The notes under the pieces were generated by a model. The model searched no databases and was not told where the DNA came from. It was given only the letters and a program-made list of their open reading frames with translations. Both the position numbers and the translations under genes were made by a program. Shown piece after piece: positions 50,601 to 63,898 of a stretch of DNA of 64,000 nucleotides; positions within the stretch are counted from its first letter, which is position 1; each line of letters opens with the position of its first letter. This DNA comes from Balanoglossus misakiensis. Its lineage: Eukaryota; Animalia; Hemichordata. Where the stretch lies: assembly GCA_040954595.2 (NCBI GenBank), contig CM082587.2, positions 3,356,275-3,420,274 of the forward strand, written 5' to 3'.

Positions 50601-53600
50601 TGGGCCCAATTCAACACCTCAATAATTCAACCAAGCATTTAGTTTCTTCGGAAAATTATAATTTTTTAACTACTTCTCTCACAGATTTCTCCACTCTTCT
50701 GACCTACATTTAAAAGCGTGTGCTCGCTACATGCAAGTCCATTTTCATAGATGTTCATTTCATACATGTTGTGGGGAGCAGAACAAGAAACTGTAGTGGA
50801 TATACAGAATAAAAAATCCTTAAAATATTATAATAAGTTAAATCAATTTTAATATAAAATAAAACTTCAATATTCCTCAATGGAAAATCTGTACAAATAA
50901 CTTGATTGTGCGGAAGGCTGAACAAACACTGCATCCGTGCCTTGATTCCCAATGATAATGAGTGCATTCTGGAAATTTCTCCTTGCGATTCAGCTGAACA
51001 AGATGGGATCTCTCTTCCCATATGGCACTCAACATAGAAAGCACTTTAGCATGAAATCAGTGTTCACATGTGTGCGTATGTGATAGGCATTGCTAATGCA
51101 GTCGCAATGAGTGTGCTCACAATCGAAGATCCATTTTTCATTTGTCGGGGAATGTAAACAACAGCTGTACTTAAGACCCGGGTGAATCAATTTTTCCCTC
51201 GGTCTGAGTAAAGGTTTCCCCTAATGTGTGACTCTACTTCTGTAGGCCATAAAACTCCACAGGATAGGGATGACTCACCAGACCAATGCAGTACAGTACA
51301 AGGTGAAACTGTGCTACATGTATACAACTTACTTTGTAAACACAGGAGCATAATGTCACTAGTCAAGGAAAGCGACTGTGATTGATAACAAGTCTTGAAG
51401 GAGGAGGCAGAGAATTGAAAGCATTTAATGAACGGGATGCTTTAACTGACCCCTACTCCCAGAAACACCAGTATCCATGACAACCACTCGCCTAGCGACG
51501 GCTATCCCGCTTCTGCAGTTGGGATATTCTGTTCATCTGCTCAAAAATTATGTGTCCACGTAAAAACTTCATGAAAATCACAATAGCAGAAGTGGGTCTT
51601 CTAGGAATTCTCAATGTAATCCTATGGGAAGAGACCAATTGCACATGCTCGTAATGTGCATACATCCTTGGACAAAAGGTGTGAAGCTATTACATTGAAT
51701 TTAAACATAACAACCCAGTGATCAAAAGCAATTTTTACCTGTATTACTGACAACTACCTGATAGACTGATGATGAAGAGGTGCTAGTATATTATCTCTTT
51801 TATCAATCAGTGTCAAGCGTTTTCAACAGCTTCATCTAATATCGGCACCTGTGAATTATATCTCACCGATACTTGAAGGGACTTTCAGTATGGCTGATTT
51901 TTACATACAGTGTACATGTATGTGCTAGCTTTGGGTCTGGTTAGGGGAGGCTTATTTAAGAAAAGCCATTTTTTGCAATGCGAGTTATGGACAGGTGTGA
52001 ATCTATTTGAGAAAGTCTGAAGAGAGGGCTCAGGGCACACTACTTGCAGGTAAAGGTTCAGATCAAAGTTTGTTGTGCCTTCTCTTCTCCAATAATTTGA
52101 TAATATGCATGCACATGAATATGTATTCCCAATGTAAGTGTACAGGGATGATATAGAATGTATGGATGAGGGAAAATAAGGCGATTGGGTTATGCAAAAT
52201 GATGGCCATGAAATGAACACCTGAATCATGTACAAGATCTGCTGCCAGCTACGTGACCAGAGCAGCATTTGAGGAATCATTAGAGAGAGAAGGTCTTTCC
52301 GCCCCATTTTCATAATCCCAGTTCACCATGTAGCGCGTTTTGCTCTCCCGGTTGATGCACATATCCAGCAATTGTTCCCCCACCCCCACCCCCTGCTGGT
52401 GCTAGTGTGTGCCACCCTGCTGGTGCCATTTCACGACGCAAAATGCGAATACACCACATTGCAGCATTTCCACAAATCAGATGGTAATTTCTGGGCTCCG
52501 CTTGCAATCCCTAATTTCTGTCTGGCCTATTGTATGCATTGAATTTCAAAAACTCTGCTGTCACAGCGGTAGACAAACATGACGTAAAGAAAACGACCTC
52601 CCCAGGGATCGTATGCACAAAGTCACGCAAAACTGCAGGACTTTCCCGCAGAATTCACTGTAATTATATTCCGGGAATTTCTAAAGGTCAAATAATGTTA
52701 TTTTCCGGGAATGGTTGTACAGTATTCTGCTGAGACTTTTTCTGTGGGCAGCAACAGTTTATGATAGCATGTTGTGGCGAAAATTTTCCAGGACATTTAA
52801 GGAGTAAAATTCACTTTTTTCTCTAGAGGACTTTCCAAGAACAGTATATTATTCGTGGACTTTCCAGGTGTATAAACCCAGCGTCCTTTTCCGGCCAATC
52901 ACAGAAGTTTACCTGGTGTGGACCAGAGGTAAGATATACACAGCCAAGATGGGGTAATTACGTTTTGAAGACTACATGTACCTGCACACACAATTTCCAG
53001 AAAATTAATACAGGATCCACTGCTGCGAATGACTTCAGGGAGACAACGGTTATATCACGATTCTCAGCGAGACATCTGTCATATCCAATTCCTTCTGGTT
53101 TCTTCCACCATATCCAGTTTCAAAATTAAACAGGTACATGTACATGCACCACCAGACACTGATGTTCGTCCACAAAGGCAGATATTGCAAATTTATTTTT
53201 CTATATTATGCAATGGCATACATGTTCATGCCGCAAAGTGCTATATATTCACTGATATGTGACCGTACTTGCCCAAATTATCCAACATCAAAGGGAGAAA
53301 ACTGCTTTTACGTGTAACTGTTGATATTTTCATATGTCTATTTACATGTAGTGTATATTTGTCATGCAATGTCCATTTTACAAATTTCTACTCTTATCAA
53401 TCCACTAGAGTTTTAAAAATCATAGTTGCATGTATTTAAAAAAAATCAAATCTATAGTTTGATCTAAACGTGTCCAATATTGATGCTGCCATTGGTGATC
53501 ATTGATCTTCTACGATGGAGTCTCCAATTTGACAGGATTTAAACAGAATTCTGTAACCTATCGACAAGAATAATGTGTTCCAAACCCAATTTTGGATTCG

Positions 53601-56600
53601 ATCAATCTGAGTAAAGTGCAAATCCCAGGGAATCCAATATCTGAGACTGAATTAGCTTCAGCAATACTCTCGAAACTACGTGTGTGTATCTGACAACATG
53701 TACTCATCACAGCCACCCTCAGAACTGATCGAAATCTGCAAACGATGTTTGTTTTCACTGCTGAGACTGCACACAAAAAAGATTCCTTCAATCACACAGC
53801 CTAACTCTACAGTGCATATATATTGCTTGTAGACCTTATACCGTCAAACCTTGAAAAGCAAATTATCATCACCAAAAGAGGAGAGTCTGGACTGTAGAAA
53901 CCCAGGTCTTGACTTCAGGTTCCTCTGACCAATCAGTGTTCAGCCCAAGACCACCTGTTGCCTATGGGTGTGACCTTTCTGCCATACTGTACATGTATAT
54001 TAGTATTAAACACTTTAACTCTACCTGCAAAATTGATTATAGTACATGTACCTTTATACTAGCCAAGACCCTTTCTCATTTCAAAATTTTAATTTAGAAA
54101 GTACATGTACCTCCAGAGGGCAAACACACATGCAACCTCCATGACCCTCAAATCACGACATTTCCTTGCCCCTTCAATTATGAAATTTAATGACAAGAAG
54201 CTCTCCCGCAGAGAAAATTGATGTAACTGGTTAATGTGACCCTCTTTGCCTGAAAGCACGAAAAAAGCTAATTATGTTTTCAAATGCTGCCATATCTTGA
54301 AGGCGATCCTACATACACTCAACAGAGGATATTACACTGGGTGTCACACCCTCAAGGGGTGCCGGTTTTTGCCATGGTTCTCCGCTGGAGTTCCTACAAC
54401 TCTAGACTGCGTCCCGTGGACACCAAACTCTGGTTTCAGAGTAAAATAACATGTCTTGTACAACGATGATATATGTCTCTAGGCACTGGAGTAGGTTTCA
54501 ATAAAATTAAAATTTATACCCAAGATCAGAGCTGTGATTGCCGATTTGAGGTGGAACGTGAAAGTGTACGGTTTGAATTGAATTGAACCCCATACAGATT
54601 AGAAACCTGGAAAATCGGAAGATTCTATGTATTGCATTTCCATCATTGATTTCTTTTCTTTTTTATTTCTTTAGGGATAATGAACAAACTACTTAATGCA
54701 AGTATACATGTATATGACAGGGTTAATGATACTGAAAAAGCCTTAAGATAAATGGATTCTGAATAATATTAAGATGGACGGCATAATGCACTGTTGAGTT
54801 GTATTGTGTTCATTTTTTGTCTCCATATATCACAGTCACACGACAAATATCATGCTGAGAAATATGAATTTAGATTAGTGAGTAATGGAAAAGAAATGAA
54901 ATTGCAATATGAATTATGCAGAAAGAGAACATTTACTGCCGTGGTTAATAAAAACATTTTTTCCCAGTTAAGACTGTAAGAGGTGAGAAAAGTCTCCAGT
55001 GGATATGAGCGATATTCAAGTATAAAATTAAGGTAGATATTATCCTTATTTTCCATTTTCACAGCATACAATTATATTTTTCAATAAGATTTGGGTATTA
55101 CTTCTACACTACTAACATCACTAAATAATTTCCATCTTCTAATTTCATGCAGTCGATTTTAGTACATGCAATATATGTAATCCATGGAATGTAATTCCTT
55201 GAGATTCGGAAAGCCAAATTTGTGAGGGTGAGGTTAGATCAAGGTACTATTTGACAGGAACTCATAAAATCACTGTATCTGAATGACAGTTTGAAGAGGA
55301 TATATATCATGAAAAGTACAGCCCAAGTAGACACATAATTGCTCTCCCCCAAAACAAATATTATTTTAATTAATTACTGTATACAGATTCTCATGCCACA
55401 AAAATAGCTCCAAAGATGATATTAGCAAAAGCTGTGGCTTCTTCGCTGCATGCACTGGCTTCCAAGTTCGCAATTTTCGGCATGAAGATATTCTACACCC
55501 CCCACGTGATATGTGCGCATGATAAATATTCTGGTTTCAAACTCAATTTACATTTAATTATGGGTTGCAGTAGTAGTAAACAGGGAGCGAGCTAGTTATT
55601 TGGTCTTTGATATGCCACTATTGCCTACTTTACAGTAAGTGGCACAGATTTCACCAGTGCCAGCACATCAATTCACTTGATTTGAGATCGGTCAATCTGA
55701 AGAGAGATCCTGCCAGTGTTCTTCTTTTCAATCCTCTACACAAGTACCTCAGTTGTACCTTGACATTTCAAGACAATGGTACAAATCCATGTATGTATGT
55801 AGGAACTTACGCATGCACATACATCATGCATTGTAATGTATGTATGTATGTACGTACGTACATGATATGATATGTACGTAGCGTACATATATATGTACGT
55901 ACATATGTACATTCATATGTAGGTACATATGTAGATGTATGCACGTAAAGCCACATTGTACATTTGTAATATGGTTATACCCAGGGCTATTTTTGGTTTT
56001 GTCCTGGGCCATTACTCTATCTAGACCATCAATACACACGACTCCCCTCCTCCAATTCTTTTCATACATTTATTGATCCAGTAGGGATTACACCTGGTAC
56101 ATGTATATGTTTGTCACTGACAAGGAACTTGCTAGTCAACAAAGTATATTCCCTTTACAGAGCTAGTTACGCACAATCTCACCAGACGTCACTCTCAGAA
56201 CCTGGTTTACCTCTCAGATACATCGGCTCATTTGAGATATCACCCCGATATGCTATCTCACAAGTCTTTCAAAGGAAGTTTGACCTGATTTCTGTCAAAG
56301 ACTGATGACTGAGCTGATCACAGAATTTCATTTCCAAGAATTGTCAAGGTTGTGGGTGTATAACATGATTTGTCTTATCAAGCTCAGAGGGTTGGCAATG
56401 GAGAGCTGCCTCTTCTGAATAACATGATACGGTCTGGATCCAGGTCAGATATAAAATTTCCATCTGCATCTTCTGTGTTTAATCAATATGACACCGACCA
56501 TCTTTCCTCAACATGTAATGACCTTGATGTTTACAAGGGCAGGTACATGTAGATGGGTCATGAGCACAAGAGATCAAGGCCATAAAGCAGTCAGAATTAA

Positions 56601-58650
56601 ATAAGTTTTCTATATTTACGTTCTTTTTTATTCTATCACGTCAACATTTTTACAATTATATTATATTTTTCAGGATGCTATGTTTCATCGTTCACGCACA
56701 ATACAGACAAGAGACAAAATGCTGAAAGAACTATACACCAGTAAAAAGTAACTATGTCATAAAACTTCATGCTCTCATGTATAAGACCTATTACATGACT
56801 TACTGACTGTATTACACTCATAACTGTGTCGGACATTATTTCACTGACACACTGCTGATATTTCCAGAGAACGCAAACAGTAACCGAATATAAATTTTGT
56901 CTGGGCATGGAACGACTGACATTTACAGGTAGAAATTACCCATGCAGATTGTAAATCATTGCATTCAGTGACTCAGTTATTGAACCACTATTCTTAGAGG
57001 AGAGAATCAGTCTGAGTGATTTTGCATGCTGACTTCCTCGCTATATAATGAACAGTATGGTTGGTTCAGAGTTTGAATGCCGTAAAATACAAGTTTATTT
57101 ATAATTTATCTCCAAAGTAACTATGGGAGGCTCAAGAGGGTTACGTCATGTACCGTATGTAGCATAGATGATACACGCACACTTAAGTTACACATGATGT
57201 TATGCGTTAAGAGTAACAAATGAACCCGCTTGCTGTAAAGATGCACCCTTGACATTGCGTATGTAGTATGAACCCTACTGGTAAATGTATGGCAAGTGTC
57301 AATATATGGCTGAACTGCCTCCCAACTTGGGTGACGGGAGGCGGTGAAACCATAGATGGACATTTGCCATATAGCAGGGATAGTGCAGTATATGCCTTTC
57401 TCAGCCAAATGTTCCCAAATTTTTCACAGCTGCTGACCAGCATTTGTGATTATCTCAATATTTTCAAATAGTCTTAATAGCCTAGGTGAAAGTTACTGGT
57501 AAAATGTTTCCTGTTGTACGTAACAATAGATTTTTTGTGCGAAACCATAATGCTTGCCAATTACCAGTGTGCATCAAATTAATTATCCAGGAATATGATG
57601 ATGTTCTCATCAGGAATTGTTGATACAGCACTGGCTAATTTGCATAACAATATAACAAATTGTTATGATTAATATTATTTCTGTTGCCTTAAAATTAAAG
57701 GATAGTGGTCATTACTCACTGATTGCTCTGGGGAAAATGTATATTATTGATATATTTGATATATACTGTAGTACGCTTAGACAAAGGTGACAAACTTGCA
57801 AAATGAATTATCCCTTGCTTGGGTTAAGTCAGTATGGCTTCTTTACAACCCCCACTTATGCTGGTATTGTGGTAAACTGGTAGTACTTTAATTGTGTTAC
57901 AGCTTAGAACATTGGAGAGAGTGTAGATTTCAAGAAATTGACCAACTTGTCTTCAAAACTCTTTCAGGGAGTTTCACAGTATTGGGGGTCATGGACTCAC
58001 AGTGGTGGCGACTAGACTGAACCTAAGGCCACAAAATAAACGTTGAGCCAGTTAGCACCTTCCCAGGGTATAGGCTTCAGTGTCTACTGGATAAAGAAAG
58101 CGAGGACTCAACAGACAGCTGGTGTTACACTTTTACTTGCTGTGTATTACTATGATTACCAAGTGATACGAGCAAGTAAAAATGTACACGTAAAAGCATC
58201 GAACTGTCGTGAATCTTAATATATGATAGCAGAACTCAGTGAACGGGCATTGCTTCTGCGTCATTTTCCTTGGAAGTGTGTCACCCATTGAATGGCCTTA
58301 GTCGTGTAAACTGTGTCAAGCGTCTGAACAACGACCCACAAGTCCAAGATCGCCTTGACGATCTTCCTCCATGTTGTAACTAAGCCCATTCAATGAAATG
58401 CCTACGCTTCCTTGGTATGATCGCGTCAACGACACCTGATTATAAATCTGATGGACCCATAAAACTGTTATAGATTATGAATGGGTCTTCGGTGAAATCG
58501 TAACATTTTAGTGTTTGTTGTGGTAGTGGTACTAACCTTATTACTAGCCATCGAGATCTATGGATATCTAATATGTACAGCTGTACGATCTTCTGCAAAT
58601 CTTGTAACAGACAATTTTTTTTGAGATCTTACTCCCCTACAGCATCGCAT
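13339..58650 (-). CDS. GPSM2: G-protein signaling modulator (Pins/LGN/AGS3; GPSM1/GPSM2 co-orthologue) with N-terminal TPRs and four GoLoco motifs, about 647 aa
   Basis: Exons (minus): 58650-58633 (MRCCRG, putative), 46444-46224 (LEASCIELALEGERLCKAGDC), 45650-45515, 44966-44824, 44675-44552, 44267-44152, 43857-43702, 42889-42781, 40256-40153, 39934-39885, [optional 35719-35615/35663], 35158-35094 (RRHSMELLELVQMTPEK), 34581-34387, 34153-34018 (GoLoco1 DDGFFDILSRFQSNRMDDQR), 14144-13951 (GoLoco2 and start of 3), 13515-13339 (end of GoLoco3, GoLoco4, stop). Phases are consistent throughout. The first exon and linker exons are less certain than the TPR and GoLoco exons. Confidence 0.93.
23594..23638. 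repeat. (TACA)n microsatellite
   Basis: About 11 perfect TACA units. Confidence 0.95.
51555..51668 (+). repeat. Interspersed repeat fragment (copy 2) in GPSM intron 1
   Basis: Contains the identical core AATTCTCAATGTAATCCTATGGGAAGAGA seen at 6381-6409, plus similar flanks. Confidence 0.75.
55790..55945. repeat. Degenerate TATG/TACA low-complexity tract
   Basis: Runs of alternating purine-pyrimidine ATGT/TACA/TACG units. Confidence 0.7.
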
Positions 58651-59087
58651 GCACGTCCACAGGATAGGTAGCAACTGTTGCTGTTGCTCGATCTTCGGAG
58701 TCTTTGAAATCGCTGATATATAGGCCAATTTGGTCAAATTCCTTACTGCCGGAGAATTCCTCCAAATAGCAAGTCAGTTATTATTGTACCAATTTACGGT
58801 AATCTAAATTCGGCAACCTTTGTAAAGTAGAAGCTTTGTGATTGGTTGTCCTACTAATTGGATCGACTATTCAAAGACCTAAATTTTCATTGGAGGTTGG
58901 GGAAAAGTAGGTCACTCAACACTTGACTGTTTGATTGGCCGTTGGCAAGTCTCGCAGATTCACGAGTTTTGCGAGATAATTCTATTTCCGGTCCAAAAAG
59001 TGCCCGGTGAACGTTTTGACCTCGTCGAATTGCTGATTTTGACGGATATTGACAATTACATCTAAGTACGCTTGAACAGACACAGAC
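58651..59087. promoter_or_regulatory. Putative bidirectional promoter shared by GPSM and XAB2
   Basis: About 440 bp between divergent ATGs. CpG-enriched, with CCAAT at 58725 and ATTGG at 58841, 58857, 58889 and 58934 (NF-Y-type boxes typical of bidirectional promoters). Confidence 0.65.
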
Positions 59088-59260
59088 ATGCCAATTGCTC
59101 AGGAGAGAGCAGACATCTTTTTTGTAAGTAAATCGCACTTATTTACGCCCCAGATGACGGTAAACTAAAAATGAGGTGCATGGCCATTTCAATGTTTACA
59201 AATTACAGTTACAGTACCATGTGTACAGTCAGTGCACATGTGCATTGAACAAGTCAACAC

Positions 59261-59340
<80 letters not shown>

Positions 59341-59356
59341 ACTACTTCACCCTGGC

Positions 59357-59426
<70 letters not shown>

Positions 59427-62400
59427 ACTTCACCCTGGCTGCCTGTGGTTTTGATCATGGAGCTTGTTCCATGTTTTGATTCACAAGTGCTTGTTGTCAA
59501 TAATATCAGTGATTGTAATAGTCACTAAATTCAAATTGTGTTGGCTGTTTGTGATGAACAGGAAGAAGATGATCTACCTTATGAGGAGGAGATACTAAGA
59601 AATCCGTACTCGGTGAAATGTTGGCTGAGGTTTATCGAGCATAAAGGTGAAGGCACAGCAAAGCCTGTCAATGTAGTGTTTGAAAGGGCACTCAAAGAAC
59701 TTCCAGGAAGGTAAGAAGTACTTGTATGTATTGCAATGGTAGTTACAGTAATGGCTGCAATGATTGGTGTGGGTGCTGCTTGGTGGGATGCTCTTGACAA
59801 CATCATCAACCAAGCCCATAACTTAGTGGAGTGGTGGCGCTGTTCATGGCTGTCGAGAGGATCATTTATGCCATTTGCCTACAAAATACCTATATGGAGA
59901 GGGGGCTTGCGTGAAATTTTTCTTCATAATGCTCCAGAACCTGTTTATAGCTGGATCTCACCACTTATCTGCTCTGTCTTGCATCTTCTTAACTCTTTAT
60001 TTCAGTTACAAACTGTGGTACAATTACTTGAAACACCGACGGAAGCAGGTGAAGGGTAGATGCATAACAGACCCGGTCTATGATGATGTGAATAATGCCT
60101 TTGAAAGGGCCTTAGTCTTCATGCACAAGGTAAGCATCTTTGATTTTGCTGTCTCTGAGAGTGTTTTGGGGGACCAAAACATTGCTACTCCACCATCATT
60201 TCATCTCCATCACTATTATAACCACCAACACAACCATAACCATCATCATCCCACCTATGTCTCCTTCGTATATCTATACACCCAATTCTCATTCACCCAC
60301 AGATGCCAAGGATATGGCTAGACTACTGCCAGTTCTTGATGGACCAGTGTAAAATCACCAGAACGAGGAGAACATTTGACCGGGCATTGCGAGCCTTGCC
60401 GATCACCCAGCATCACAGGATATGGCCACTCTACTTGAAATTTGTCAGAAATCTTCCACTGCCAGAAACTGCTGTCAGAGTCTATCGAAGATACATGAAG
60501 GTGAGTAATGATATCACAGATATTAACCAGAGTTTTCCAGAGATCTTGCTGTGTGATTGTTCTTTCAGCCTGTATCATATCATCATAATTGCTTGAATCA
60601 CTTAAGAGCAAAGCTTTTGAGATGCTGAAAATGTGGTATGTCTTATAATTTGGAAAATTATTTATTTCAGCTATCGCCAGAAAATGGCGAAGAATACATT
60701 GAGTATCTGAAGGATATCGATAGGCTGGATGAAGCTGCTGTTCGTTTGTATGACATTGTCAATGAAGAAGATTTCGTCTCAAAAGAAGGAAAATCAAATC
60801 ACCAGGTAAAAGTTCCATTTGATACTTTTAGGAAAACCCCAGTGGGAATTGAGTTCTGCTGTGTTGGAAAGAGGATGCTTTTCACCATTGATGATATCTT
60901 TCAAAGAAATATATGAAACCAAATGCGGTTTTCTATCAACAGCTATGGCATGACCTCTGTGACCTGATCTGCAAGAACCCAAAGAAAGTGACGTCATTGA
61001 AGGTGGACCCCATCATAAGGAGTGGTATAAAGAGATTTACGGATGAGAGAGGGCAGCTGTGGTGCTCCCTGGCAGATTACTACATCAGAAGTGGACACTT
61101 TGAGAAGGTAAAAAAAAACTTCAAGTGCATCTGATGGATGAGCTTTGAAATCCTGTTCTATTCTGATTCATGTCGTTAAACCATCAAGCAAAGTGAAATG
61201 CCACCATCAGGAATTTACTGACGTATGGTACTTCTGTTTCAGGCCAGAGACATCTATGAGGAGTCCATCCAGACAGTGACGACTGTACGTGACTTTACAC
61301 AAGTCTTCGATGCCTACGCACAGTTTGAAGAAAGTATGATCAGTGCCAAGATGGAAACTACGGCTGAATTGGGAAATACTGAAGATGGTAGGTACTGAGG
61401 TGTAAGAAATGGGGGCTTTGTCTAGCTGGTAGCTGATGTGTTACTGTAATACCAACTGTAACATTAAACATTTTCCTTCTGTTCTGCAGATGACATCGAC
61501 CTTGAGATCAGACTCGAAAGATTTGAAAACCTGATGGACCGGAGACCACTTCTCCTGAACAGTGTTCTCCTCCGGCAGAATCCCCACAATGTCCACGAGT
61601 GGCACAAACGAGTCAAGTTGTTCGAGGGCAAACCGAAGGACATCATCAACACGTATACTGAGGCGGTTCAGACTGTAGACCCACAGCTTGCTACTGGAAA
61701 ATTATACACACTTTGGGTGGAGTTTGCAAAATATTACGAGAAACATGAACAGTTGACAGAGGTAACTCTTCTGTGTGAGAGTTCTAGTTTGAAAGCCTAT
61801 ATACTTTTAGTCACAAACAACTGATGTTTTCTTCCCTTTTACATGATTGAGTAGAAGTTACCCACTTTGAATTCTCTCCTGCTTTTATCCACCAGGCGAG
61901 GGTTATTTTTGAGAAGGGCACCAAAGTTCCATACGTCAAAGTTGAAGACTTGGCAAGTGTCTGGTGCGAATGGACAGAAATGGAAATCAGACATGAGTAA
62001 GAGATGCCTACTTGAACCCCTTTCACAAAGATAATTTGGTTCAGCCCTTTTATTTTCTATCCCATGGGTGGACACATTCACAGAGATGTGGGTTTGAAGG
62101 GGGTTAGATTCTACTTATTTTCGTTAAAAACACTCCAGTGTTTGCGTCTGAAATTATGATGGGAGAACGTGAGTTCAACAGATTTGTTTCTTACAACTAA
62201 TTTTGTTGTGTCTTTTCCCTGTCCCGATCAGGAATTACGATGACTGTTTGAAACTTATGCAGAGAGCCACTGCCATGCCTTCAAGGAAAGTTGCATACCA
62301 TGACAAGGTAAAGGAGGTCTGACAGCAGTGTGTGTGTGTGTGTGTTTGTTTTTGCTCACATACATTGCGTGGGTCTGTGGGTGCATATGTGTGTGTTGGC

Positions 62401-63898
62401 CTTTTAGTTCCTAATTTGTTCATCAACTGTCACGTATGTTGATTATACTGACAGATGTGTTGCCTTGTTTTCACAGAGTGAACCAGTACAGAAGAGATTG
62501 TATAAATCACTGAAAGTCTGGTCTTTGTATGCAGATTTAGAAGAGAGTTTTGGAACATTCAAGGTAGGTTTCATACTTTCAGTCATAACATCTCTTGCAA
62601 CTGTCTTCAATCGATCGATGCTTGTAATTATTTGATGTGGCCATGTAACTCACACATCTTCGTTTCTCTCTTGCAGTCAACCAAGGCTGTGTATGATCGC
62701 ATCATTGATCTGAAGATAGCAACACCCCAGATTATCATCAATTATGGGATGTTCCTGGAAGAGCACAATTACTTTGAAGAGGCTTTTAAGGTAACAAGTG
62801 TTCGAGATAGCGTCTGTGAACGATGTGGATTTGATTGAGGGTTAATGGATTTTGGAATGGGGATTGGAATTGGAAAAAAACACCTATAATGATATTTTGT
62901 ATATATCCTGGATTTGTTTGCAGGCATATGAGCGTGGCATAGCCCTGTTCAGATGGCCCAATGTGTATGACATCTGGAATACATACCTTACAAAGTTCAT
63001 CGAGAGATACGTAAGTACAAGTGTAACAGTGTTCACAAAGACATTATTAGAGACCCTGTCACCACATATCAGTCACTGACAGATCTTTTCAGTGTTACTT
63101 GGTATCTTCATGAAATTACTTCATTGGCGATCCTTACACCCTGTTTTTATCTTTCTTTGACTATTACCATTTTAGGGTGGCAAGAAATTAGAAAGAACCA
63201 GGGATTTATTTGAACAGTGTCTCGATGGTTGCCCACCCAAATTTGCGAAATGTAAGTAGCTCTTCCCCCTAACCTTTGACCCTTGCGTAGTCATGGCCAA
63301 CACTTCATGTTGTGAAAAACATTTAGTAAAAGTAGTTGATAAACAACTTGAATTTTCTTCATACCACATAAGCCGTTTACTATTTTGTAACATCATCTTC
63401 TCCATGGTTGCAATTCACAGCTGTTTACTTGCTTTACGCAAAGCTGGAGGAAGATTTTGGTTTGGCCAGACATGCGATGGCTGTCTACGACAGAGCTACT
63501 ATGGCAGTCCTACCTGAAGAACAGTATGAGGTATGCCATGTGATTTTGTGTGTGTACGTACTCATACATACTTATCGGTTCATTGTGGCGGTGACGAACC
63601 TGTGATGGTCAAAACTGTAATGTTGTTAAGGTTTGGATGTGTCTCAATACCCAAGCTAAGCATGACAACGATGCATTTTGTGTTGCCCTCACAGATGTTC
63701 AACATCTACATCAAGCGGTGTGCGGAAATCTACGGAGTTACTCACTCCCGATCCATCTACGAGAAGGCCGTCGATACCCTCAATGAAGAGCAGGCGCGAG
63801 AGATGTGTCTTCGATTTGCAGACTTGGAACGGAAACTGGGCGAAATTGACCGAGCGAGGGCACTGTACAGTCACTGCTCACAGATGTGTGACCCAAGG
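59088..63898 (+). CDS. XAB2: Pre-mRNA-splicing factor SYF1 / XPA-binding protein 2 (HAT repeats), 3'-partial, 16 exons in window
   Basis: Exons 59088-59123, 59562-59710, 60006-60129, 60303-60500, 60671-60805, 60943-61107, 61243-61387, 61490-61761, 61896-61996, 62232-62307, 62477-62563, 62677-62790, 62924-63010, 63176-63251, 63421-63530, 63695-63898. Motifs DLPYEEEILRNP, MPRIWLDYCQFLMDQ, RRPLLLNSVLLRQNPHNVHEWHKRV, STKAVYDRIIDLKIATPQIIINY and CSQMCDPR match recalled human XAB2. Confidence 0.97.
59261..59441. repeat. Compound (GAT)n microsatellite in XAB2 intron 1
   Basis: Two long GAT tracts (about 59261-59341 and 59357-59426), each followed by ACTTCACCCTGGCTG. Confidence 0.95.
62015..62105 (-). 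mobile_element. Diverged MITE-like element in a XAB2 intron, probably related to the 8668 family
   Basis: Ends AACCCCTTTCA...TGAAGGGGTT. The reverse complement contains ATAGAAAA...GGGCTGAACCA...GTGAAAGGGGTT, similar to the 8668 copy. Confidence 0.5.

Noticed and set aside
59176-59454. ORF with poly-Asp and poly-Met
   Set aside because: It is a translation of the intronic (GAT)n microsatellite.
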